Below the pieces are notes generated by a model. That model had not been told where the DNA came from, made no database searches, and was given only the letters and a program-made list of their open reading frames with translations. Shown piece after piece: positions 14,406-25,326 of a stretch of 64,000 nt of DNA. Position numbers and translations under genes: made by a program. Every line of letters starts with the position of its first letter. The first letter of the stretch is position 1. Origin of the DNA: Podarcis pityusensis (Eukaryota); NCBI GenBank assembly GCA_964106645.2, contig OZ067038.1, one strand, 5' to 3'.

Positions 14406-15976
14406 ATGTTGAGCACCTATACGTACAATTCCTACTAAACAGCAACATTCTTGCAGGCTTCACCCTTAATTCAAATGTCTGAGAAACAAGTGTGATGGTG
14501 GTGGGGCCAGGGTTTGTTTTCGGTTTTTTTAATCACTTTTACTCTATATGTACCAATCTGTGGGTTTCTAAATACAGAGAATTATTGTTCTGTGTTGGGT
14601 TGATTCATTCATTAGAACAATTACAAAAAGTCCTCTAAATGACAAGCAGTTAAAATATTATGGAGGCCTATTAGGAATGGCCATGTGAAGAGCCCATTGC
14701 AAAATTAACCAAGTGACAGGTTTAGATGTATCATCACTTATTTTAAAGAACAGTTTATCGACACACTAGCATACTGGCTAGTGCTGTAAATGTTGCCAGA
14801 GGAGGGGTTTACAATATGCTTTGCCTTGAAAACCTGGTAAAAATAAACCTGATAGACAGCGTTAGTGCTGTCTCTCTCTAATCTCTAAAAGCAATTGTGC
14901 ATAGAGCAGGTCATAAACTTGGGTGTACAATGTCCAATTTTTTATCTCTTTAAAAATCAGAAGTACAAAAGAGGTAGAATAAGCTATAACTATTGGCCAA
15001 TTCACCCACTGGCCAACTCAAACAAAAAAATGTTTAGGGCAATTTTTAAAAATAAAAATGCTAGTGTGAGTTGTAAGTTTCCCTTCAGATTCGTTTGCTG
15101 TCTCTCAGCAAACACACAATAAGAAAAACATTGCTGCAGCGTTTGCCCTTTGGTTGTTCAAAACCAATGTGGATTATATTGCAGCAACTATGGCTGGGGT
15201 CCAAAAGTTTGTTAGGCAACAGAACCACAGTTAGATGGTTGGGACTCAGAAACATCTTGAGCAGTGCTTTGATTCCAGGTCTGTGTGTCATATTTACATG
15301 AAACAAGCAGACTCCATGGCTACCAATAATATAAAATTAAGGGTAGCTAACTAAGATTTATATAAGCACATACTGATAAGTGGTACATAACAGTATATAT
15401 GTGGTGTGCCTTTTCTGTGCATTGGACAAGTTTACCAAGTATAGCAACCATGTCACTGCCACAGATATGGCCATGCTCTCTCTCTCTCTCTCTCCCTCTC
15501 TCTCTTTGTGTGTGTACTCACTGGTACAGAGTATTGTACTGGCACCTCTTTTTTTTGCTGCCATGGATGTCATTTTATGCACTTTTATCAATATATGACT
15601 ACCAGCACCTCATTAGCATTGGTTACAACTAACAGAACTTAATTTGAAGAAATTGTTCACCAAGGATCAGTTTCAAACATATCATTAGGTCACAGTGCTT
15701 CTGAGCCACTACAGAGTTATTTTCCTTCACCACAGACTATTCACTGTAAGACATGGTATACCAATACGCCTAGGGTTAAAGGGAACTCCCATTCAGAAGA
15801 AAAGGTTCCTCTGCAAACTTGAGGTCTAGCACCACAACAAACCACTAAGTGTTCGTGTCAGTCTGACTTCTGTATTATTCTTTTTTGCCTATTAAAGATT
15901 TGGAATTAAGTATGTCTAGTTCAAGGCAGAAATTAAGTAGGTTTTTGACAAGGACACAGAGCCTCAAAAGCATTTA

Positions 15977-17061
15977 CAGTGGTGCCTCGCAAGACGAAAT
16001 TAATTCGTTCCGCAAGTTTTTTCTTCTTGCGAGTTTTTCATCTTGCGATGCACGGTTTCCCATAGGAATGCATTGAAAATCAATTAATGCGTTCCTAAGG
16101 AAACCGCCTTCAGACCAGGTCCGGGGACAGTCTGTCCCCCGACCTCTTCTGAAGGCTGGGGGGGGGGGACAAGGGCTTTTCTTCCCACCCCCAGCATTTT
16201 AAAAAACCCCGGGACAGCGGAGGACTTCTCCGCTGTCCGGGGCGATCTTAAAATGCTGGCGGGCAGCATTTTAAAATCGCCCGGGACAGTGGAGGACTTC
16301 TCCGCTGTCCGGGGCGATGTAAAAGCCCCTGGGAAGGCAGGCAGGGGGGGACAAAGACTTTTGACCCCCGCCCGCCTTCAGAAGAGGTCCTGGACCTCTT
16401 CTGAAGGCGGGCGGGGGGCGAAAGTCTTTGGCCCCCCCGCCTGCCTTCAAAAGCCGTCCGGGAAGGTAGGCAGGGGGGAGCAAAGACTTTCGCCCCCCGC
16501 CCGCCTTCAGAAGAGGTCCTGGACCTCTTCTGAAGGCGGGCGGGGGGCGAAAGTCTTTGCCCACCCCCGCCTGTCTTCAAAAGCCGTCCGGGACAGCGGA
16601 GAAAGGCGCTGCCTTTCTCCGCTCTCCCGGGAAGGCAGGCAGGGGGGAGCAAAGACTTTCGCCCCCCACCCACCTTCAGAAGAGGTCCTGGACCTCTTCT
16701 GAAGGCGGGCGGGGGGCAAAAGTCTTTGCTCCCCCCCCCGCCTGCCTTCAAAAGCCGTCCGCGATAGCGGGAAGCTCTTCCCTGCTATCCCGGACTGCTT
16801 TTAAAATGCTGGCGGTGGGGAGCAAAGCCTTTCGGCCCCCGCCGGCCTTCCTGGACCTCTTCTGAAGGCCGGAGGGGGGGAAAGGCTTTGCTCCCCACCA
16901 CCAGCATTTAAAAGAGGTCCCCGGAGATTTCCCTATGGGCTTTCGTCTTGCGAAGCAAGCCCATAGGGAAATTCGTCTTGCGAAGCGCCTCCAAAACAGA
17001 AAACCCTTTCGTCTTGCGGGTTTTCCGTCTTGCGAGGCGTTCGTCTTGCGGGGTACCACTG
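15977..17061. mobile_element. Young non-autonomous Tc1/mariner-Tigger-like element (1085 bp) with internal GC-rich palindromic repeats
   Basis: TA|cagtggtgcctcgcaagacgaa ... ttcgtcttgcggggtaccactg|TA; subterminal tcgtcttgcg repeats; CpG-rich; internal hairpin units centred at 16391, 16520 and 16689. Confidence 0.9.
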
Positions 17062-17163
17062 TATATTACAAATGCATGCAGTTCTGTCAGTTGAAGAAAT
17101 ACAGGGATTGCATTTAAAGGAATGAATGAAAGAGAGCCACATTTTGAAAGAAATTTGGTACCT

Positions 17164-17167
<4 letters not shown>

Positions 17168-17216
<49 letters not shown>

Positions 17217-17217
17217 T
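17168..17217. repeat. (TC)n(TG)n microsatellite
   Basis: Read directly. Confidence 0.9.
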
Positions 17218-17236
17218 ACGTATATACACACAAATA

Positions 17237-17390
17237 CCTACTGAGTCCAACATCCTGTTTTCAAGGTGGCCAATGATACCTATGGGAAGCCCACAAGCAA
17301 GACATGAGTACAACACTCTCCTCACTTGTGATTCCTAGCAACTGCTATACAGAGACATACAGCTTCCAGACATGAAGGTAGTACCATAGT
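17237..17390 (-). mobile_element. Old CR1-like LINE 3' fragment
   Basis: ctatgggaagcccacaagc...cacttgtgattcctagcaactg motif shared with ~30430-30645 (opposite strand) and ~54330-54560. Confidence 0.6.
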
Positions 17391-17599
17391 ACCATAGTAC
17401 CATAGAGGGACCTCTGTAGACACACCCATGTCTCCAAGCTCCTCTTCCCCCATGCCACCTAAAAATCTGGGCAAACAGATTCTGATGAAGTGTTAGGGAG
17501 CTATAGTATGGGGGAGAAAACTGAGAAGCCCTGAAAAACTGCTTGCACACATAAAAAGGAATCAGACATCATGCTCAAAAGGCATATTATACATGTGCC

Positions 17600-20500
17600 T
17601 CCATCGTCATCAATGATCTATCAACCAGTTTATTCCATATAGTATACTGGTATCAGACAGCATGCATAATGTTGTCAGCCGAGGAAAGAACTCTGACTAA
17701 AGTATTTACACCAAGTGACTAAATAAGCCAAGCCAAGAGACAAACTAGGGGTAAAATGCATAGGGGTTACTAGCCAAATTGACCTACAGTGAGTTTATTT
17801 CCGATATGCAAATACAGCAACATGGCAGTCCCTGAGTTTACAGGGAATGTTACCAGGATGCGTTTCATTGCACTAACATTTCTGTTTGTGGGCAGTCCAT
17901 GATAGCCAACAATGAAAATCCACCCCAAAAAGTAATAAAATAGAATCTATTTATGACAGAATCCTCCTTTAAACCAAATCTTTTTATACTGATTGAGTTT
18001 GATGAAAAAGGTAATGAAACAGCAAACACAAAACTAATTTTAATAAATAAAAATATGCAGCAATACTTGACATCAGATGAGCCAATGTGCTACTCTCCAG
18101 GTGTTACACTCCTACTGCTATCAACCACATCCAGCATGGCCAGTAATTAGGGAAGATGAGAGCTGCATTTTCTGATGGGCACCACTAGCTACCTCTGCTC
18201 TAAATATCCAACTCAGAAGTGTGAGTACAACAATGTTCAATCTTTAAAGCACTGATCTTAGAGAAATTCATGTTAATTCAATGGGAATATCACTCATATG
18301 GTGCTTTGGGAAGTTGGTATCTAGCCTCCCATCTTCCAATAATTATGTAGTTCCCAATTAAAACCCTGGAAACAAAACCAAACTGTTTTTCTCTTTCAGG
18401 CTATTTACACATCAGTACTTTACTCAGAAGCACTAATCAGACTCAACAGACAGTCGTCATAGGGTCATTAATAGTTACTTCATTCTCTGGCAACTGTAAT
18501 ATGATGATAGCCTTAAATAGAGTGCAAATGATAAGCCAAAAGGAGGAGGCGAAAACCAGGAATATAGCATAAAACCAGTTTGCAGAGGATAACAGAGCAA
18601 CACTGAAAACAGATTCATCACAGTGACATGCCGTTTACTTACAGGCACTCTGAAATCTCAAGCCACAATTAGAATTATATTACACACAAACACACCACAC
18701 ACAATTTTGGCATGTGAAACCAGAGCCATGTTGTTTAGGATAAAAGCAAGAATGTTATGTAAGTTGAAAAGCAGAATGCAGTGTGTCTAAGAGGGAATAA
18801 TTTGTTCTTCAAAGTGAGTGCGCTCATGAGGAAATTCTCCAAACTGAAGTAATGGTTATATCACAATAGCACTAATTTGCTTGGCACTGAGAGTTGGCCA
18901 GGGTTTCTACACAGATACATCTAATCCACTACACATGCCTGTCTTTTGCTTGTTACCATTTTCAGGGCATATCTGAACAACACTTTCTTCATGCTATCAT
19001 GAAATGAGCTCCACAGCCATTCCATGACAATTGACACCTCAGTTGTCTGTCACACCTCAGCCAATGCCAAGATTATTCCAGGACAATCACATGCATCATA
19101 CAATGATAGAGAAAGGTACGTGCAAATGTATTTAAGTTGCTAATAGACATTATATAAACAAAGTTCCCAAAGTTGCATGAAGAGCTGCTACTAGGGAAAG
19201 CAAAATATCTTCCGTGCACTTGCATACATCTTGACAGAGCCCGGAGGCTGTATACTGGCAGCTATGCAATTCCATATTTTTATGTGCTGACAGAAAACAC
19301 TATAGGGCATGGGAAGAACTAAATTTTTGGCAGGTTATGTTTTACTTCTTTTGCCGTAGATATTAAAACAAGCCATGCTCCACTCTCTCCACTGATCCTG
19401 CTGGTCCCACCCAGCGCAGTCATCAGCCTTCATAGAATTACTTTGCAATATCATGTAGCTGCAAACTCATGTTTAAGACTGAACACATGCTTCAAATGGA
19501 AATGCAACCAACCCAGGTCCTTGGTGAGTAAATGGTTGGGTCCAGATTTGTGGCCTTCTGCTTGTGCTGGAGGAATAGAACAGGGAGGAGTTTTTTATTA
19601 TTGCTCCTTCCTCCTGAAGCCCCACTGTGTTCTTTGAAAAGTTGGTCAAGAGGGTTGGGGGGTCCTTTCAAACAGCATAGGAGGCAGAGGAAGGGGAATT
19701 GGCAAAAATTGCCTCCAGCCTTCTTCCAGCAAAGAAACTCCATCAGATCCCAATTATATCTGCAAACAATTTTGGTATCTTCAATTCCTTCTATTTGTAA
19801 TGTGAGAAATAGCCTTTTTGTTAGCCTCGACAAGACTGAATGTAAGTTCTTCCAAACTCCAGACATACTTAGTTAGAAGTACTTGCACAATATTAATTAG
19901 TAGACGTAGGCAACAATTTCCCTTTGTAGAGGTAGCTGACCACTGGCAGAATTGCTGAAGCACAAGATCACTTAAAATACAAAAGTGTAGAGAACTTTTT
20001 AAAATTTCTTCATTAATCCAAACTGTTTCAATGATCTAATAATATGCCAAAAAGCATTATATCTACCTATTCATATATCATCACCAAGTTGTTCCACAAA
20101 ACGGTTTTAACAGCCACCAAAAATAAATACTCTGAACAACAGTCTCATTCTTTCTCTGCAGACACCTCCCAGAGAAAAGCAACACATTCATGCTGCACTT
20201 CAGCCATTACATACCACCCTTTCTGCATTACCCACAGATGGACTAGACAGGATTTCTTGTCACATGCCACAAGCATAGACATTCCAGAGGCTTATGTTCC
20301 ACTGCGATCTTATTTTAGGATCCATAAGAGGCCTATGTCATAGTCATTTGCAGGCTACCCCAAATAAAAGCAACGTAGCTGCAGCATTTCATCAGCCTCT
20401 GCTATTGCTCATTTCCTTTGTAGAAATCCTCCTACTACCGCAGTTCTGTCTGAATCGGAGTAGAGTTGAACAAAATATATCCATTTTATCGGCCTCATTG

Positions 20501-20600
20501 TTACATTTCATTTGTGAAACGTGTAGCTTCTCTTCCTCCAATTCCAGATGTACTAAATTTAAGCTCAGGAAAAGATAAGTAATGTTGTAACAAATGTGTA
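17600..20600 (-). pseudogene. Degraded endogenous viral element: Flaviviridae-like (flavi/jingmen-like) NS5/NSP1 RdRp, possibly with methyltransferase
   Basis: Manual minus-strand translation gives collinear motifs: KLFADI (19772-19755), MITE insertion, LLTKD (19531-19517), WVGCISI, LHDIAK (19458-19441), ADDCAGWD (19427-19404), a 1-nt insertion, SRIS (19402-19391; flavivirid motif A is ADDxAGWDTRIT/S), ASG/SVKMYA (19248-19221, motif B-like), VMEWL, GMCSGLDV (18939-18916, degenerate SGDD), AFCFSTY (18779-18759, motif E-like, about 50 codons after motif C), LFKAI..LPEN (18520-18482), TEMLVQ*NASW (17885-17853). Many stops and frameshifts; boundaries approximate. Confidence 0.75.
19534..19753. 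mobile_element. Degenerate ~220-bp MITE inserted into the viral RdRp remnant
   Basis: Starts ggttgggtccag, ends cagatcccaa; central gagggttggggggtcc..cag motif shared with ~20640-20855 and 60611-60816; splits the KLFADI/LLTKD peptide. Confidence 0.6.
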
Positions 20601-20639
20601 AAAAAGAAAGAGGGAGACTGTGAAGATTTATGTGGCATC

Positions 20640-20855
20640 ACAGGCCAGTTCAGATGTAATGAGAATCCATGGTTTATCATTAAAAGAGCGTGCCACTGTG
20701 AGCCTCCAGAGAAACGAGACCTTTCCCCTGCCTCACACCCAGTAAACCTATTGTGGAGTTTTCCCCAACCCTCCAGAGCAGATTTGGGGTGTGGGGGTGG
20801 CAGAAGAGGGAGAAAGCCACACTGTTCTGCGCACACAACAATTTAGTTGAATCCT
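20640..20855. mobile_element. Degenerate MITE, same family as 60611-60816
   Basis: ccccaaccctccagagcagatttgggg core; ends ttgaatccta. Confidence 0.55.
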
Positions 20856-23689
20856 ACCATATATGTCTGTGTGTATATAATTTGTTGTTGGTATTTTTAA
20901 ATTATGTAAACATAAATACAAAATTCCCATAATAAAAATATTGGCATTTATATGTCACCTTTCTGAATGAGAATTCCTAATATGTGTCTGTACATTAAAT
21001 TAAGAATACATCAACCATAACAACCTCCCTCCCTGACTCCCCCAAAAGCTGAGGGACTATTTGTTATATTCCACAATCCATTCCCTGCTGCTATACTTGT
21101 GTAGGATAATATCTCACAATATTTACCTCAACAAGAAGATAATCAGAACTAGGGACTTTTGTTCTCAGTACCCATAATTAATGAAGACCATATATTTTTA
21201 AAAAGAAAAATTATATATAGCTCAAACCACAGATCCATCACATCTAAAAGTAGGCGCCTATTTTTGTTTTTAAAAAAATTACGTTTCCAGAGGATAGGAC
21301 TGTATGAACCAATCATTATAGTGAGAATGTTAGGAGTAATGTATCATCTCATCATTTTAAAACAGTAATCTAATCTTTGACTACAAGAAGAAACAAATGC
21401 CACAAAACCAAATACATTTCTGTGTGGCAAAAGAAGACAACATACATCAATCTTGACTCTGTTTAACAGGCAATTTTCATTACTTGTTTTTCTTTAAAGT
21501 AATGTTCATACAATAGTTTATAGATTCATGCTGGAGTTTATTTCTAGAAAGAGCATGCTATTTATAACAGGAGTCTTCCAATTCTGGGTCACTATCCCAG
21601 TGGGCTACCTGGTAGGAACCCAGGCACTATGTCTGTTCGAGATAAACATGTTAACCAGACACTGAACACAGATGCCGGTTTATCAGTTTTGGTTTCATTT
21701 TTACACATTTCTAATAAGCATACTCAGTTATCAGAACTGTGGTTCAATTACACTAAAATGTTTATGGTTTTGTGTCAAGATGCATTTTTGGAATAATACG
21801 CCTGATTCTTTTCACTTTCCTTTCCCTAAGAGGAGAAGGTTGTAATTGGCCCATTAACCTTGTGCTAATAAAGTGAAATTTATAATGGATGTTAAATGGA
21901 TTACTGATTCTTGCAAGCAAACTAGCCTAGATTTATTAGTGCAGGATCAAATGATGTATGAGAGAAAGAGTAATGCTTAAAAGCCCAATAGTTATATGGA
22001 AGTTCTAGTTAGTGAAGTATTATATTAACATTTCACAAACAACTTGACTTGTAATATGCCTGCTGAATCAGGGTTGATAAAAATTGTTTTTATTTAAAAG
22101 CTTTTTAATTTAAAAAAATTGTTGCACTAATTGTTCTGTAAAAAAATAACCTGGTTTGAAATATTACTTAAATGTAATGCTGCAATGTGATGTCAGTGTA
22201 AGGTGGAAGTCTCCAAAGACAGCCCCTAGAGCAGGGATCACCAAACTTTTTGAGCCAATGGCTTGAAATTGTGAGAAAGTGTCTTAGGTTCCAGTCACAA
22301 AATGGCTACCATAGGGTGTGCCATAGCACAAAACTACTGCTACAGCTAGCAGTAAGAAAAGACCGGACCTCAAAATGCTGCACCAGCCTCCCATTCAAAG
22401 GAAGGGCATTAACCACCGCCATACCTGCTCAGGAAGAAGTTCTTTGCAGCTTCTGTTCAGAAAGGGAGTGAGGGAAGAAAGACATGTGTCCAGGTTGGCA
22501 TCCAATTAAATGTAAAATGACTTCTTTCTCCAAAAAGAAAGGAAACCCCCACAATCATACAGCTCTCAAGCATTCAGAGGCAAGCCTGCCCACCTGCCCA
22601 CAATTCAATTTAAGGCCAGGTGGAGGTGTCATTAGGTAGCTCCTCCCACGGGACTTCGTCAGATCAGAAAATGCAGGCTGAAATGCTGCAGAAATGTTTA
22701 ATGGAAAGAAAAACACACATGCCACTGCTGGCCACTTCACAAGAATATGGTACACTCAATGCCATGCCCACTTAAATTCTAAAGAAATTCTATAGCACCC
22801 TGTGAACAAGGCAGAAAAAAACAGAAACCCCTTTCACAGGAAAACTTTCAGACAGTGTTATTATATACACTTAAAACCATGCATACAATACAGAAAGGAA
22901 ACCATACCTGGCCAGCAGTCTTAAAATCAAAAGAACCGGTTCACATGTTCCTTCAGTGTATTTCTTATATTTAAATGCATTGCTGCTTTACCACCATATT
23001 GCCCTCAAAATAGTTTACACCAGAACCATTCTACTCCTTGTTACAGCCAATCTAATCTCAGGAGGCACCTGGTCTCTCCAGCTGAGCTCAGTTAATGGTG
23101 CCAGGGGACAAAGATGAGGCAACTCAAGGGTGGGAATAATCTGAACAATGGATTTCCAATTGACAACCTCCTGCCTGCTGGTTGAAGGGATTCTTGCAAG
23201 GAGTGCTGGGCTAGTTGGACCTTGATCTGACCCTGCACCATTTCCTACATAAGACAATGTACTCATTGCTAATACAGCAATAGCCATCTTGCACATCCCT
23301 GGACTACTAAAGGCTGTACCCTTTTCTGTTTGGAGTGGGGAGACTTGACTGTGTTACTGCCAACCTATAACTAAATCTTCTTTCTTGGAAAGTTGCAGAA
23401 TCGAATAGTAAGTGTAATGATGTAGATTTGTTAAACTTTCTTAACTGGTTTTTAAGTTACTTATTTCTTTATTTATAAGAACTCCCCCAGGTCTGTGGAT
23501 ATAGCCCTTTTTTCAGCCAGCCGTTAAAGCAAAGTTATTTTGGGTGGGTGATGGATGAGCTAGCTACTTTGATCTCTGTTGTGATCACACAATATTATAC
23601 AGCTTAGGTTTGCCTTAATTGTTAATAAGTTCCACATATGTATGCTTCCTTTGCAGAAGCAAAATGGTAAATAATGCAGCTAACATAAA

Positions 23690-23925
23690 ACTGGTGTCAC
23701 ATGCTTCCTGCAACCAGTAACACACAAAAAGCTGTGTTAATGCATTCTGGATCAGCTGCAGCTTCTAGTCAACCAAAAAGGGCAACCTTATGTACAGTGC
23801 ATTATAATAGTCAAGTTAAGTAAATACCACAGCATGCAAAACAGTGGCTAGGTCCCTCTTCGCAATAAGGAGGCTTCGCTAAAACACCAGCCAATGGTCG
23901 TGAAATGCACTTTTGGTCACTGTGG
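23690..23925 (-). mobile_element. Old L2-type LINE ORF2 fragment
   Basis: Minus translation DLATVLHAVVFT*LDYYNALYIRLP..KLQLIQNA resembles L2 ORF2 (..LDYCNALY.GLP..KLQLVQNA). Confidence 0.8.
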
Positions 23926-24256
23926 AATGCCTTAACCATAGAGTTTGTGCAGTAGAAGCATCTTGCATTTCCCTTCAATTAAATTAAAATATGAAGCAGC
24001 AAGCATGGCTTGTATGCATGGAAAAACTCATGAGTACTAAGTGATTTAGGGTCATTTTATACACTAACCACATCTGTTGGACTCTATTCAGGGCAGGGGA
24101 CATGGGAGGACATCTCAGTCACATGCATGCCTCCATACTGACTTCAGAATGTGCTATGTGATCAGGGGTGCATATTCCACCCATGTGGAATACAGTCTGC
24201 ATCTTCCCCCTTCATGATTCCTCAGCACCACCCCAGATCCAGGATTACAATGGAGC

Positions 24257-24447
24257 ATAAGAAGCTGCTTTATACCAAGTCAGAACATTCATTGATCCAT
24301 CTAGGTCAGTGTTGTCTACACGGAATGGCAGCAGCTCTCCAGGGTTATGGAAAGGGACATTCCTGGTTCTACCTGCAGATGCCAGTGACTGAACATGGGA
24401 CCTTCTGCATATAATCCAGATTCTCTACTGCTGAGCTATACTCCCTC
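24257..24447 (-). mobile_element. tRNA-derived SINE with CR1-like tail (old squamate family)
   Basis: cataagaagctgc..tatac..agtcaga tail end; tRNA-like head (gggaccttctgcat...ctctactgctgagcta) on the minus strand; paralogous to 24737-25326 and 41395-41836. Confidence 0.7.
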
Positions 24448-24736
24448 CCTAGGGAGAAGTGCCACATGGTGAAGTGTCACTGTGAACTGTGATTCACAAG
24501 GATTCAGCAAACAGCATTGGATTTCTGCAGTTGTGACATCACTCCTTTAATTTACCGCAGCCATACAATTCTTTGGTTATAGCCAATAGCTGCAAATATA
24601 TCCAATAGCTGCAATTTTTAAAAACTCACATATTACTTCCCAAACCCGTGGATGGCAGAAGCCATTTTAGAAGAGGCCTACCCCTCCTGCTCCCCTCCCA
24701 AGGGAAGGCCACTTCTAAGATTTTGCCTGCTCCAAT

Positions 24737-25326
24737 ATAGGAAGCTGCCTTATACGAAGTCAGACCATTGGTCTACCTAACCCAGTACCATCTACACTGA
24801 CTAGTAGTGGCTTACCAGGGTTTCAGACAGGTAGTATTCCCAGCTCTACCTGGAGACACCAGGGACTGAACCCGGGGCCTTCTGCACAATGTTTGAAACT
24901 CCCATTGTTCTTGGTGCATTTTGCGACAGGGAATTTCATTAGTGCAAGCAGTTTCTGAGCTCTGGGCACAATACCGTGCCTAAGATTTCGGATTAAAACT
25001 GCAGAGTGGAAAGAAAGGAGGGCCTTTTTCTGCCTCCCCACTTCCAGCTACTCTCTGAAGACTGGAGAAGAGACTCTCTTAAGAATATTACGGGGTTGGG
25101 CAGGGGAAGGACTAGACCATGTGAAAAATGAACATAATATTTTAGCTGCAGTTCATTCATTTTCAGCTTTGTATTCTTGTTATAAAAATGCACGCCTAGA
25201 CATTCCCCTGTTGTGCCCATAACCTAGGTTTAAGGTGCCATTTAGCTCCTAGCTGTCATATCTCAGTTTCTAACACTGCTTCTGCACGCTAAACAGATGC
25301 TCTACCATTGAGCTATGGCCCTTCCC
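24737..25326 (-). mobile_element. Same SINE family, split by a hAT MITE
   Basis: SINE sequence stops at 24886 and resumes at 25279 (cttctgcacgctaaacagatgctctaccattgagctatggccc). Confidence 0.75.
24887..25278. mobile_element. hAT-type non-autonomous element (392 bp)
   Basis: TIRs caatgtttgaaact / agtttctaacactg (12/14 match) and a perfect 8-bp TSD cttctgca (24879-24886, 25279-25286). Confidence 0.85.

Noticed and set aside
16084-17231. Many overlapping GC-rich ORFs and CRISPR-like periodic repeats
   Set aside because: Internal palindromic repeats of a MITE; the spacers are not unique, there is no transposase motif, and the context is eukaryotic.
19124-19138. NLNTF as the second half of RdRp motif B
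   Set aside because: Lies about 85 nt from the ASG/SVKMYA half and may belong to a small insertion; not used as evidence.
19492-19876. 124-aa and 114-aa ORFs as real genes
   Set aside because: Chance chimeric frames running through the MITE and mostly out of frame with the viral remnant.
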